Source: an uncultured archaeon
GTDB lineage: Archaea > Hadarchaeota > Hadarchaeia > Hadarchaeales > Hadarchaeaceae
Reading direction: 5' to 3'
Assembly: GCA_937921735.1 (NCBI GenBank)
Contig: CAKZTQ010000009.1
Span: 1 to 22,862 of the forward strand
Length of the DNA: 22,862 nt
The translations under genes and the position numbers were made by a program. Every line of letters begins with the position of its first letter. Within the stretch, counting starts at the first letter, position 1. Shown here one piece after another: positions 1 through 8,356 of the stretch. The notes below the pieces were generated by a model. That model was not told where the DNA came from and did no database searches. It saw only the letters and a program-made list of their open reading frames with translations.

Positions 1-140
1 TTAGGATGTGGGGAGGTACGGGTTCCCCCCGAAAGGAGCTAAGCTTGATGAAGCCTCCGATGAACCCAGAGGAGGCAAAGGGCGATGAAGCCCAAGAGCT
101 AAGCATGGGCTCCATACATATCCATACTTAGTTCAGAACC
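1..140 (+). mobile_element. tnpB: 3' end of a tnpB-carrying IS (probably IS607-like, otherwise IS605-like); TnpB C-terminal tail and element end, continuing beyond the window's left edge
   Basis: Frame 3..131 reads RMWGGTGSPRKELSLMKPPMNPEEAKGDEAQELSMGSIHIHT*, which resembles archaeal TnpB tails (DNA motif GATGTGGGG...TTCCCCCCGAAAG...GATGAA). The junction at ~140 falls where the opposite-strand RHH gene loses its motif. Confidence 0.6.
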
Positions 141-269
141 CTCGCTTCTGCTGAAGAAGATGCCTCGCCCGATCAGATTGTCGAGCGCCCATATTTGCCT
201 CTTCGGCAACCGCGCCGTGACCAGTTGACGCTTTTCCGGTTCCGCATGATTTGGTTCCGGGCAATTCAT
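141..269 (-). pseudogene. Ribbon-helix-helix (CopG/Arc/MetJ-like) regulator truncated by IS insertion
   Basis: Manual translation MNCPEPNHAEPEKRQLVTARLPKRQIWALDNLIGRGIFFSRSE matches the RHH pattern (beta strand VTARLP, helix LDNLI, G-x-F-x-S-R-S-E) but lacks the expected AIRxA helix. ATGA overlap with the stop of 266..625. Confidence 0.7.
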
Positions 270-625
270 GAAGTTGCCTCCTTCTGACGCGGGGGCAGAA
301 CCCTGAACCTGACGCTTTTCCGCTTTCCCTCCAAAAGCGCCTTCACGTCTTCGGCGAAGGCCAGCATGTTGATCGATATCAGCACAAAGCGCCCGTCCCT
401 GCTGAGCCGCATCCTGATGGCTCCCTCTAAGGGCTGAGCTTTGGGTTGGGCTTTCTCAGCCTCGATTTTCAACCCGCTTACGCCGAGCTCCTTGGCCTTC
501 GCCTCGACCTCGGCCCTTTTGTCGTCGAGAACTTCCCAAACCCTCGCCTCAGCGTTCCACTTGGCGCCTACGCTCTTCAGGAACTCGACGAACGAAGCGT
601 TGTACTTGGAGGAAACCTTAACCAT
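266..625 (-). CDS. Small protein with a DUF5710/HARP-like N-terminal motif (possible nucleic-acid binding)
   Basis: YNASFVEFLKSVGAKWNAEARVWEV fits the K-x-x-G-A-x-W-x5-W pattern. Perfect SD AGGAGGTGATC at 630-640. Confidence 0.6.
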   Translation of the reverse strand: MVKVSSKYNASFVEFLKSVGAKWNAEARVWEVLDDKRAEVEAKAKELGVSGLKIEAEKAQPKAQPLEGAIRMRLSRDGRFVLISINMLAFAEDVKALLEGKRKSVRFRVLPPRQKEATS

Positions 626-719
626 GGGAGATCACCTCCTTAACGCTTTTTTACGCTTTTTCCCTTCCATCCCCATCAACCTCGAGTTTTGCCTCAATCT
701 TCTTCACCACAATCACCCA

Positions 720-1544
720 CTAACGTGATCCCTCAATATTTTTAAAAAAGGCCCCCACATGTCGCTCCGCGGCCAAGATGTGCTTGCACGGAAGCCTGAC
801 CCTCAGCCTTGGGTTGCGGTTCGACCGCCCGTAGTCCGGGCACTCGCACACATATGCTTCCAAATCCACGATATAACCTCTCACCCTGAACCTTGGGCCT
901 TCCAGCAAGACTATTTCTCCCGGCTTCACCTCCGCGGCCTTTTCCGCCTTGTACAGGCGCCAGTAGTCCCTCAGGGCAAGCTGGCTGAGCATATCCGCCT
1001 CCCCGTTCTCCTCGCGAGGAATCCATTGAAACCATACTTTTCCGAAGTTCGAGGAGAGCCTCCTCGCCTCCAAGTAAAGCGGGACGATCCTTGGGGCTCT
1101 GACCTCGTAGGCTCCCTGCATCTGCCTTATGCTCAACTGGCTGTCGCCCTTAACGAGCACTTCCGCGCCTGCGTAGCCGTTTTCCATGAGCCACGCGAAG
1201 GCTTTGATCATGGCCGTGTACTCAGCCACGTTGTTGCTTGCGCCCTCGCTCCACGGCTCGGCCGCCAGCCCCCTTCCCTCACCTATTTTCGCCCCGTCCC
1301 TGTACACGACGAACCCATACGTTGCCACGCCCCCGGGGTTGCGAGGCTCGCACAGTCCGTCATAATACACTTCAACCTTCGTTGCGGCTTTCGCTGCGGC
1401 CTTCGGGACAACCGTTGACGGCGGAGCCTCGATGGGGCGCAGCTCGCCACTTAAAGCCCTGTCGAGCGCATCCCTCCCATGCGCTTTCAGGACGTGGTCA
1501 TAGAACGCATCGACGGCTTGTTTGCATATGGGACAGATCGGCAC
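720..1544 (-). CDS. rnhA: Ribonuclease HI (archaeal type) with N-terminal C2H2-like Zn finger and C-terminal SWIM Zn finger
   Basis: YYDGLCEPRNPGG, SNNVAEY, KGDSQL and WIPREENGEAD give the full RNase HI D/E/D/D set. CPIC-x8-HVLKAH at the N-terminus; CECPDY...PCKH is a SWIM motif. Start inferred at GTG 1544 because the upstream part of the 720..1688 ORF is an IS remnant. Confidence 0.9.
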   Translation of the reverse strand: MPICPICKQAVDAFYDHVLKAHGRDALDRALSGELRPIEAPPSTVVPKAAAKAATKVEVYYDGLCEPRNPGGVATYGFVVYRDGAKIGEGRGLAAEPWSEGASNNVAEYTAMIKAFAWLMENGYAGAEVLVKGDSQLSIRQMQGAYEVRAPRIVPLYLEARRLSSNFGKVWFQWIPREENGEADMLSQLALRDYWRLYKAEKAAEVKPGEIVLLEGPRFRVRGYIVDLEAYVCECPDYGRSNRNPRLRVRLPCKHILAAERHVGAFFKNIEGSR

Positions 1545-1586
1545 CTTTGCAACGCCCCATTTTCCACAATTAACTTCCGAAGCTGA

Positions 1587-1670
1587 TTGCCTGTTCCATT
1601 GTTGAATGGTCCGCGTAGTAAAGTCGAGAAGTTTCTTCGCCTCTTTGAGAGCGCAAAGATTCTCCACCAT
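1587..1670 (-). pseudogene. tnpA: IS607-family TnpA N-terminal MerR-like HTH remnant
   Basis: MVENLCALKEAKKLLDFTTRTIQQWNRQ resembles the IS607 TnpA start (MExxYTLKEAxKLLGVTTRTIQRWDxxG). No resolvase domain follows. Confidence 0.65.
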
Positions 1671-1722
1671 TCCTGCGCACATCGACATTCAAACCAATCC
1701 ATTTTGAAGCTGCTGCTGGCGC

Positions 1723-2217
1723 TTAAAAGCACTTTTCACGAGCCCGGTTCAGGACGTCTCTGAGGGGGGCGAACAGCGCTTTGGTGACCGGGTGGCTCCT
1801 AGGCTCATCGAGCATATAAAGCACCAGGGCGTCCCTCCACAACGTTCCGTATATTTTGAGGAGCTTGGCGGACACGGCTGCGGAGTAGCGGAGGATTGTT
1901 CTCCTGAGACCCTGCCTAGTGTAGAGGATGTGGAAGCCGCGGTTGTATTGCTCCGCCAAATCGCTGATCTCCCAATGCAATACGCGCTTCCTCAGATTCT
2001 CCTCAAGGTGCTTCTTAACGACCTCGACAATTTCGGAGGAGCGCTGCGAGAGGATCTCCTCGCAGCACTCGACCCCGAGCAACTTTACAAACTCGCGGCG
2101 GACGTTCACGAAAACGGCGGCGTCCGCCAATACGCGGTTGAGCCTGCGATCCTCAAAAACACTTACCTCGCCCTCGCATCCCAACATGCTCCAGGACATG
2201 CATTCACCAACCCTCAT
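1723..2217 (-). CDS. Hypothetical protein (helical)
   Basis: 164-aa ORF, ATGA-coupled to 2214..2792. Confidence 0.65.
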   Translation of the reverse strand: MRVGECMSWSMLGCEGEVSVFEDRRLNRVLADAAVFVNVRREFVKLLGVECCEEILSQRSSEIVEVVKKHLEENLRKRVLHWEISDLAEQYNRGFHILYTRQGLRRTILRYSAAVSAKLLKIYGTLWRDALVLYMLDEPRSHPVTKALFAPLRDVLNRAREKCF

Positions 2218-2792
2218 GAAATCCGGGGTGACTTAAACTTAACTCTCGACGAGGATGTGCTCAGCGATCGAAGGGGGACGACTTCGCCACGCGCGTGGCG
2301 GGCCTCGGCCATCGCTTCCCGCAAAGCCTCGTTGAGCCTGCGCAGGATTCTGCGCGCCTCATAGTCAAGGATCCCTTCCAAACACTCCTCCATTTCGCGG
2401 ACGTTTAAGTCGGCAAGCCCATACTTTCTCAGCAGCCCCTCAACTTCGAGCGAAACATTCAGCCTGACGAAGGGTCCGCGGTTTCTGTTCCATGAAATCT
2501 CCTCAACGTCCACATAATCGTGAACGTCAGGATTGCTGCCTGAAACGATCCTTTCAAGGGCAAGCGCTTTGAAAAATCTTTCCCAGCTTTCGCTCGCCAT
2601 TGAAAGCTCTTTCCGCAGTTCGCGATTCTCAAGATTCACGGCCACATCCCTGAAAACTATGGTGCAGTATTGGACTCCGTAGGTGTCAAGCTCTTCAACC
2701 TCGCCGAAGAATATCCCTATGCGCGCAAGCTCATCTCTGGCCTCGGCAACAATCTCGTCGATGACCTCGTCGATGATGTATGCGGGGAACAT
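2214..2792 (-). CDS. Hypothetical acidic protein, first gene after leader-repeat copy 1
   Basis: 192-aa ORF with SD GGAGGTGG at 2799-2806. Confidence 0.75.
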   Translation of the reverse strand: MFPAYIIDEVIDEIVAEARDELARIGIFFGEVEELDTYGVQYCTIVFRDVAVNLENRELRKELSMASESWERFFKALALERIVSGSNPDVHDYVDVEEISWNRNRGPFVRLNVSLEVEGLLRKYGLADLNVREMEECLEGILDYEARRILRRLNEALREAMAEARHARGEVVPLRSLSTSSSRVKFKSPRIS

Positions 2793-2799
2793 GGAAAAC

Positions 2800-2907
2800 C
2801 ACCTCCAGAAACGCGTATATGCCTCCTAGGGACTGGGCCATGCCGTTAAGCGCTTAACAGCCCAGCCGGGGCCAGGTCTTGGACGCCCCGTTCAAGCCCT
2901 AGGCTTG
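2800..2907 (-). repeat. Structured leader/promoter repeat, copy 1 (diverged)
   Basis: Core near-identical to copies 2 and 3. Differences are at 2816, at 2839, in the linker (ttcaag vs ctcag) and in the SD flank. Stems CCTAGGG 2825-2831 / CCCTAGG 2897-2903; palindrome 2845-2858. Confidence 0.95.
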
Positions 2908-2951
2908 TTAGAGAACCCGACTTTGGGTGGGGGCGGCTTGTCCCCGCCCTT

Positions 2952-3107
2952 TTAATTTAAGAGCCTGTCAAGACCATGTTTTTGCACGACGAGGGGAACC
3001 GTCCTATTCAAGCCGTCCAGCACCATCCGCATCCTCCCAGGGTTCGGCTCGGGGATCTTTACAACGCCGTAATTGTCCGCACCCACCTCGCATATCTTCA
3101 CCCGCAT
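2952..3107 (-). CDS. Small hypothetical protein (51 aa), not in ORF track
   Basis: Manual translation MRVKICEVGADNYGVVKIPEPNPGRMRMVLDGLNRTVPLVVQKHGLDRLLN*, preceded by GAGGAGGTTGAGG. Confidence 0.5.
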   Translation of the reverse strand: MRVKICEVGADNYGVVKIPEPNPGRMRMVLDGLNRTVPLVVQKHGLDRLLN

Positions 3108-3533
3108 ATCCTCAACCTCCTCTCAACGACCTTGTTGGTCAGCCTCATGGCCAGCGCGCTTTCCCTTTTGCTGAAGCCCAGCGCCTTCGCGTATTTTCAA
3201 CGAACATGTGCGGCCTCAAATTGAGGCTTAAGCTCGACCTCCATCATCATCCGCTTGTAAACCCTTGCAACATCCATCGTCAGAGCAGGTTTCTCAAACA
3301 TTTCCATAAACTCCCTCAAGGTCATCGGATAGCAATACGTTGCCTTCAGTGCGGCGTAGAGGGTGGCTAAAGCGCGCACCTCAACCGGATAGGCTGTTTT
3401 GCGCTTATATTGGTTGAAGAGCTTCCTTGCGAGTTGACAGGAGCCTTGCGAGTTGACAGGAGTTCTGCGCTGCGCCGATCTTTTCCCGAAACTTCTCGCA
3501 AACGGCGCTAAAAACCCGCTCCTCCTCCACCAT
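3098..3533 (-). pseudogene. Transcription factor B (TFB/TFIIB cyclin-fold)-like gene, disrupted
   Basis: ATG at 3533 with SD GGTGA. A 19-bp tandem duplication shifts the frame. ARKLF...ALATLYAALK...PMTLREF...VARVYKRMMMEVELKP and KYAKALGFS resemble TFB cyclin repeat 1 and the start of repeat 2. In-frame TGA at 3197-3199; no Zn ribbon. Confidence 0.65.
3425..3462. repeat. Perfect 19-bp tandem duplication CCTTGCGAGTTGACAGGAG x2
   Basis: 3425-3443 and 3444-3462 are identical. Confidence 0.95.
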
Positions 3534-3554
3534 TTTGATTCACCAATAGGTTTG

Positions 3555-3572
3555 CGCGCATTTAAAGGCGGA
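3555..3572 (-). promoter_or_regulatory. Putative archaeal TATA box (TTTAAAT) for the TFB-like gene
   Basis: TTTAAATGCGCGC lies about 28 nt upstream of ATG 3533. Confidence 0.45.
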
Positions 3573-3592
3573 AACAACAGCGTCCTTCACGT

Positions 3593-5113
3593 TCAAACGC
3601 CTCTCTTATGCGGCAGCGCTGAAACCACAGTTCTTCCCATAGCGTCCGGTTTAACGATGAAGAGTTGAACCCTGTCGCCTATGTTTTCAACAGCTTCAAC
3701 GCCTTTTTCCGCGTCAACAACCGCGGTCATGAGCCTGTTCGCCTCGGACTGCTCCGCGAAAAGCCTGAGGTGATCGGGATCGACCTGTCCGTCTGTAAGC
3801 AGCGCTATCAAAGCCTTCTCAGGCTTAAGGTTCATGGATGCGCGCACGGCATCCTCGAGGTTTGTGTTTCCGCCAGACCTCAAAAGGAAAACCCTCTTCG
3901 CATGTTCAACATAGTTCCTCGATTCGCGGGAAAGGATCCAGGCGTTCGTGCTGAAGGCGATCGTGGCGACCGGAAGATTGAAGCGTTTTGCGTAGGCGAT
4001 GAGGCCGTACGCAGCGTCCTTGATGTAGCTGAGCAAGGTTCTGTCCCGGTACATGTCCGCCGTGCTCCCCGAGCAGTCCAGTAGCAGTATTAGCTTGGAG
4101 AAGCCTCCGGCTTCATCACCTTCCTGCTCGACGACCGCAACGGTCTCCGTGACGGGCTCCCGCCATCTTCTCGGGTCGTCCGGGGCCCTCGCCATGCTTG
4201 ACGGGTCAACCCTCTTCGAGTAGGGCTTCCAGCGCGTGAAGGCTGGCTCCTTCAGCTCAAGCATTGATGAAGCTTTGAAAAGCTCCTTGAAGCCGAGTAT
4301 TTTACTCCAAAGGGCGGCCCTAGCCCTATCCTCGGCGGCTTCCTCCAATGCCTTGTCCAGCTCACCCTCACCCACCCCCATCAGCTCTGCAATCGCCGTC
4401 AGCTGCAGCCCCGTATCCAAGCCTATTTCAGCCGCATCCGCCCTCACGTCTGGGTCACTCCTATCAAAATCAACATCTCCGCCAAGAGGAGAACCCTCGA
4501 CCCTTGAGAGGGATGCCACTAACTCGGCGGCCCTCACAACTTGGTAAGCGCTTTCCCCGCGAAGTTCGCCCTCTGACGCTAGGCGTTTTAGGAGGAACTT
4601 CAACTTCTCAAAGTCGCGGTTGCCCCTCAGCTGCCCCTCATACCGCGTTGTTTCAAGCGGAGCATTGAACCAGTCCTTATATATTATCTGGAGCAGGTGG
4701 TAGCTGGTTCCCTCGGATTGAGGCGTTACCGGAAACCTTTGAAGCCATTCCTCACACATTCCCCTTACATCCAAGTTCTCCTTTGAAAGGCGGAAGTCCA
4801 CTACTGCGTCGTAGACAACGTTGAGGAGGTTCCTTGCAACGCTAAGGCGGACATCGAGCCGCTTCATGACTTCAGCCTCGTGGCGCAGTGCATCCCTGTA
4901 AGTGTAGGGCAGACCGTCCCTTGACGCGTGCTTGACCTCGTGTGCAAGCAGCTCCTTCAAGTGGGCCACATCCTTCCAGTAGGCTGGCGCCTCAACCAGC
5001 ATCTTTGAAAGGTTCACTGCGAAGGTTGATGTCTTCGCTTCCTCATTAACCCTCAAGGGAGGCGGCACAGGGATGAGCGAAGCCAGAACTTGGTTAAACG
5101 TTTCCTGCAGCAT
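3593..5113 (-). CDS. HExxH metallopeptidase-like + C-terminal vWA domain protein (MoxR partner)
   Basis: LLAHEVKHA, followed by NVVYD; MIDAS motif DCSGS...GGNT...LLTDG. Lies directly downstream of the AAA gene. The start could alternatively be 5131 or 5137. Confidence 0.85.
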   Translation of the reverse strand: MLQETFNQVLASLIPVPPPLRVNEEAKTSTFAVNLSKMLVEAPAYWKDVAHLKELLAHEVKHASRDGLPYTYRDALRHEAEVMKRLDVRLSVARNLLNVVYDAVVDFRLSKENLDVRGMCEEWLQRFPVTPQSEGTSYHLLQIIYKDWFNAPLETTRYEGQLRGNRDFEKLKFLLKRLASEGELRGESAYQVVRAAELVASLSRVEGSPLGGDVDFDRSDPDVRADAAEIGLDTGLQLTAIAELMGVGEGELDKALEEAAEDRARAALWSKILGFKELFKASSMLELKEPAFTRWKPYSKRVDPSSMARAPDDPRRWREPVTETVAVVEQEGDEAGGFSKLILLLDCSGSTADMYRDRTLLSYIKDAAYGLIAYAKRFNLPVATIAFSTNAWILSRESRNYVEHAKRVFLLRSGGNTNLEDAVRASMNLKPEKALIALLTDGQVDPDHLRLFAEQSEANRLMTAVVDAEKGVEAVENIGDRVQLFIVKPDAMGRTVVSALPHKRGV

Positions 5114-5187
5114 GACCCCGCCCCTCAGCATCTTCAAACCACGTGAGCCTCGGCAGCGGAAGGAAGGGTGAAAAAGGCGGGTTTTGT

Positions 5188-6711
5188 TTAGCTCGCGCCC
5201 ATTAGAGCTTGTATTGCGCTTTTTATTTTTAATGGCGGCTCAAGTGCCTGAAGGGTTTCGGCGTCTCCCTTCTTCCTAGCTGACTCCTTCATCATATCTA
5301 CAACCTCGTCTAGCATACCCCTCACTATGGGCGCGTCGGCATACTTTGCCTTGAGCTTCTGAGCCTTGGTTACGTCGGGTTTCTTGATGAGCTCCTCAAC
5401 CTCCTTTAGCCTCATGTGCTGGGCCTCGAAGAGCTCAGCATACCTCTCAACCAGCGCCTTCGCGGCTGTGAAGGCGCTTCCATGCTCGGCGAGGAACTCT
5501 TGGCTGTTCCAAGAAAGGCGGTGGGGAAGAACTGAGAGTAGGGCGAAGGAGAGGTCGTCTTCCACGGCTTCCCTGCGCATGTTGATGAGGGCGTGGGCCT
5601 TCATGGCCTGCTGGAGCCTTATGGTCGCCCTAACCTTACTGACGTTAGCGATGCCGCACGGGTAATCTTTGCCGTATATGCATAGAGAGCAGTCCTTTTC
5701 AGCCTCAAACGGGTCTTTGCTTTCCTCAGCCCTCCTCCCCCTAGCCGTTGAGAAGTAGCACCTTGAAAGGTGGCTTATGAGCCCTAGGCAGAACACCGTG
5801 AACTCCTCTGGAACGGCAACCTCGTCCATAAGCCTTCTCGCCTCGTAGACCAGCTCGACCGGGGCCCTCTTCTTCAGCCCCAGCCTCCTCCACCTCTCCG
5901 CCATCAGCAGTATTTCCTGGGCGCTCGGCGGGAGGCTTCTGGCGCTCAGGGCGTATCTGTCCGCGGTGGCCGCGTTGATGAGCCTCAGATTCGTCTGGTA
6001 GAACTCGTTAAGCGGGTTAGTCGCCAAAACCCAGGCCACAGGCCTGACCTCTATTGGTCCGACGGTTGTGTCCACTACCTTCTCGTTTAAAGCGTGATGC
6101 AGCTTGGACAGTAGGCGAGGCGCGTTGAATATTTCGTCGAGCACGACGTAGTCTGCGCCTGCAAGCCTACCGGACTTCACAGCGTGTGGCGGCTTCATCC
6201 CAAGCACCGCAGGATGGTCTACGCCGTAGCCAAGTATGTCCTCAGGATCCATCTGGTCGTTGACCTGCATGCTGAAGACGCGCAGAGGCACCCTTTCAGG
6301 CTCGCCGAGCTTCGCGGCCTCTCCGTGTTTAACCGCGTCGACCTCAACTTTGACGGAGAGGTTTCCTCCGGCCTGTTGATACTCGACGTTCACGCCGTCC
6401 AGCAGGTTCCTCATGAGCTGTTCAGGATCCGCCTTGAGCGCTGGGCCCAAGTCCTCGAAGAATTTTTCAGCGGAAGCCAAAGAGCGGAACGACCTCTTTA
6501 GGACGACCACAGGCTTGTCGAAGAGCTTGCCAACGAAGCTGGCCATGCTGGTTTTGAAAGTTCCATGGGAGCCGATCAGCAGGACGGGCTCCCCAATTAG
6601 GAGGCCGCTGAAGATAGCCTCTATCATGGCGTACTGGTGGTAGCCGCGGTACACTTCAGCCACCGACATAACGAGCCTGTTTAACGCTTGGGAAACGTCT
6701 TCAAAGCTCAT
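5188..6711 (-). CDS. MoxR/RavA-like AAA+ ATPase with insertions
   Basis: Walker A GSHGTFKT, Walker B YVVLDEIFN, LNE, sensor-1 LATN, Arg finger ADRY. Cys cluster CYF...CSLC...YPC in the lid region. Confidence 0.9.
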   Translation of the reverse strand: MSFEDVSQALNRLVMSVAEVYRGYHQYAMIEAIFSGLLIGEPVLLIGSHGTFKTSMASFVGKLFDKPVVVLKRSFRSLASAEKFFEDLGPALKADPEQLMRNLLDGVNVEYQQAGGNLSVKVEVDAVKHGEAAKLGEPERVPLRVFSMQVNDQMDPEDILGYGVDHPAVLGMKPPHAVKSGRLAGADYVVLDEIFNAPRLLSKLHHALNEKVVDTTVGPIEVRPVAWVLATNPLNEFYQTNLRLINAATADRYALSARSLPPSAQEILLMAERWRRLGLKKRAPVELVYEARRLMDEVAVPEEFTVFCLGLISHLSRCYFSTARGRRAEESKDPFEAEKDCSLCIYGKDYPCGIANVSKVRATIRLQQAMKAHALINMRREAVEDDLSFALLSVLPHRLSWNSQEFLAEHGSAFTAAKALVERYAELFEAQHMRLKEVEELIKKPDVTKAQKLKAKYADAPIVRGMLDEVVDMMKESARKKGDAETLQALEPPLKIKSAIQALMGAS

Positions 6712-6951
6712 GCGTTTGCCCCCCACTTATCTCTTTCAACTCCTCCTCGGTCAGCTCTCGCTCCTCCTCTATCCGCATGTTCGCTCTTATGAAACGAGTT
6801 CCGGATGGAACTCTTTAAACAGCTCCGCCGCCACCTCCAGGGCTTCTGACGGGGAGTCTGCGTCAACGCTTGTTTCGTCCAGAAACTGCTCCCCTACCTC
6901 CGCGTTCGGAAAGCGAGTCCACAACGAAATCGCATACTCCTTCATACCCAT
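6701..6951 (-). pseudogene. Small acidic protein with a probable 1-nt deletion near 6790
   Basis: SD GGAGGTGA + ATG 6951: MGMKEYAISLW...FHPELVS* (stop 6787-6789). The adjacent frame continues FIRANMRIEEERELTEEELKEISGGQTHEL*. Span 251 nt = 3n-1. Confidence 0.55.
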
Positions 6952-6954
6952 CTT

Positions 6955-7149
6955 TCACCTCCGCCGTTTTTCCTCAACGCTTCTCGCGCCGGATTCGCCG
7001 TATTCGCCCAAATATTTTCGGAGACATGCCGCCAAATCCATGAGCCTGAAGTAGCCGTCGCTTCCAGCGACGGCTCTTTTGGCCGTTTCACGAGCCAATT
7101 TCTCCAATTTTTCAGCTTTCGTGGCGACCAGCTTTTCCCCCTCAACCAT
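6955..7149 (-). CDS. Small hypothetical protein
   Basis: MVEGEKLVATK... with SD AGGAGGTGATC at 7152-7162. Confidence 0.6.
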   Translation of the reverse strand: MVEGEKLVATKAEKLEKLARETAKRAVAGSDGYFRLMDLAACLRKYLGEYGESGARSVEEKRRR

Positions 7150-7215
7150 ACGATCACCTCCTGCTTTTACGTTGAGGCTCCAGAGTTCGCCCTGAAACAT
7201 CAGGTTTCACATATG

Positions 7216-8334
7216 TTAGTCGATCGTGAACAGCAGCACTGACCTGCCCCTCACAGCCCTCGAGACGACCTCCATGTCTCTGGAGGGGTCTCCGGTGGGC
7301 TGGATTCCAAGGCTCTCCGCGAGATCGTTGACCGCTGCCTCCAGCGCCTCAACATTCCTCGATGCGGCGGCGGACAAGACATCGCCCAAGACATCGAAGG
7401 GCCTCTCGTCAAACTCAACGCCCGTGCTCTCGATCAGACGTGAAAGCTGCTTCAGCCTTTTGGCCGCAGCCTGACAGTTCGCCCTCCCGCCCCTCACGGC
7501 GGCTTTCACGGCCTCTTCAGCCATCGCCATTACTGCGGAGAACCTCTCCTCCAGGTCGCGCTTAAGCCCCTCAAGCATCTCTCTACGTCTGCGCTCGATC
7601 TCCCTCTCCAGCGAGGCAAGGCCGACCCTCCTCGCCTCGTCGACCTCGAGCAGCGCCTTCCGCCTTTCCTCCTCAAGGTACTGTATGAAGAACTCCCTTG
7701 AAAGGCTGAGCGGAACCGGAGAGACCCTTATTGAAGCGAGGTCCGCCCTGAAGTCCGGCTCAACGCCCGTTTTAGCCACGTGCTCCATTATGTCGGAGAA
7801 GTGGTCGCCTTCCTCAAACTCAGCGATGTCGCGCTTCAGCGCCCGCAGCTGACCGTTCAAACCATCAATTTCCACCATGAGCCCCGGCGCCAAACTCGAC
7901 GGAAGAAAATACAGCTTACGCTTCAACCTCCCAATGCGTTCCTCTTGAAGTATGAGGCAGTTTTCGTTGAGGGCGTCGTAGACCTTATGCCTTATGCCTT
8001 TGAGGCGGTTCACGAGCATGCTCGGATACGGATGGAATGTCGCAACCTTAACCTGGCGGCCGGCCTCGTCCTTCACGTAGCGAACCCTGACGCTGCGCCC
8101 CCTCAAAATTCCCCCACTTTTCCCCGTTACGGCAACCCTGTAGTTCGCGTCTATTGACCTGAGAAGGTCCTGAAGTCCCCTCACCCACTCCATATGCTCG
8201 ACGTCGCCCATCCCTGAAACGTCAACTTGCATTGCAAGCCTTTCCTCTGAGGGTACGTCCACATCAATGAGGAAACCCTGCGTAAGCACCCTGCCCGCTT
8301 TGACCCGAACCTTTCCGGAGACTGTTAAACCCAT
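7216..8334 (-). CDS. Coiled-coil hypothetical protein heading the MoxR-vWA block (possibly DUF3150-like)
   Basis: 372-aa ORF with SD GAGGTGG, a KLYFLP motif and a long coiled coil. The DUF3150 resemblance is inferred from context and that motif only. Confidence 0.7.
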   Translation of the reverse strand: MGLTVSGKVRVKAGRVLTQGFLIDVDVPSEERLAMQVDVSGMGDVEHMEWVRGLQDLLRSIDANYRVAVTGKSGGILRGRSVRVRYVKDEAGRQVKVATFHPYPSMLVNRLKGIRHKVYDALNENCLILQEERIGRLKRKLYFLPSSLAPGLMVEIDGLNGQLRALKRDIAEFEEGDHFSDIMEHVAKTGVEPDFRADLASIRVSPVPLSLSREFFIQYLEEERRKALLEVDEARRVGLASLEREIERRRREMLEGLKRDLEERFSAVMAMAEEAVKAAVRGGRANCQAAAKRLKQLSRLIESTGVEFDERPFDVLGDVLSAAASRNVEALEAAVNDLAESLGIQPTGDPSRDMEVVSRAVRGRSVLLFTID

Positions 8335-8356
8335 CTACACCACCTCTAACGCTTTC

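Noticed and set aside
630-640. GATCACCTCCT matching the 16S rRNA 3' end
   Set aside because: It is simply the complement of a perfect SD for the minus-strand gene at 625; there is no rRNA context.
759-2364. Long plus-strand ORFs (759..1418, 1792..2364) and the other plus-strand ORFs in the track
   Set aside because: They are antisense shadows of well-supported minus-strand genes in GC-rich DNA, with no SD or recognisable motifs.
2800-2907. Repeat as a MITE or tRNA-derived att site
   Set aside because: No target-site duplications and no cloverleaf or T-loop consensus. The strict fusion to SD/ATG in one orientation argues for an expression element, although a MITE origin cannot be fully excluded.
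2931-2953. GGGCGG/CCGCCC hairpin + T-run as a terminator
   Set aside because: The T-run is on the plus strand, where no gene ends, and the stem is short; not supportable.
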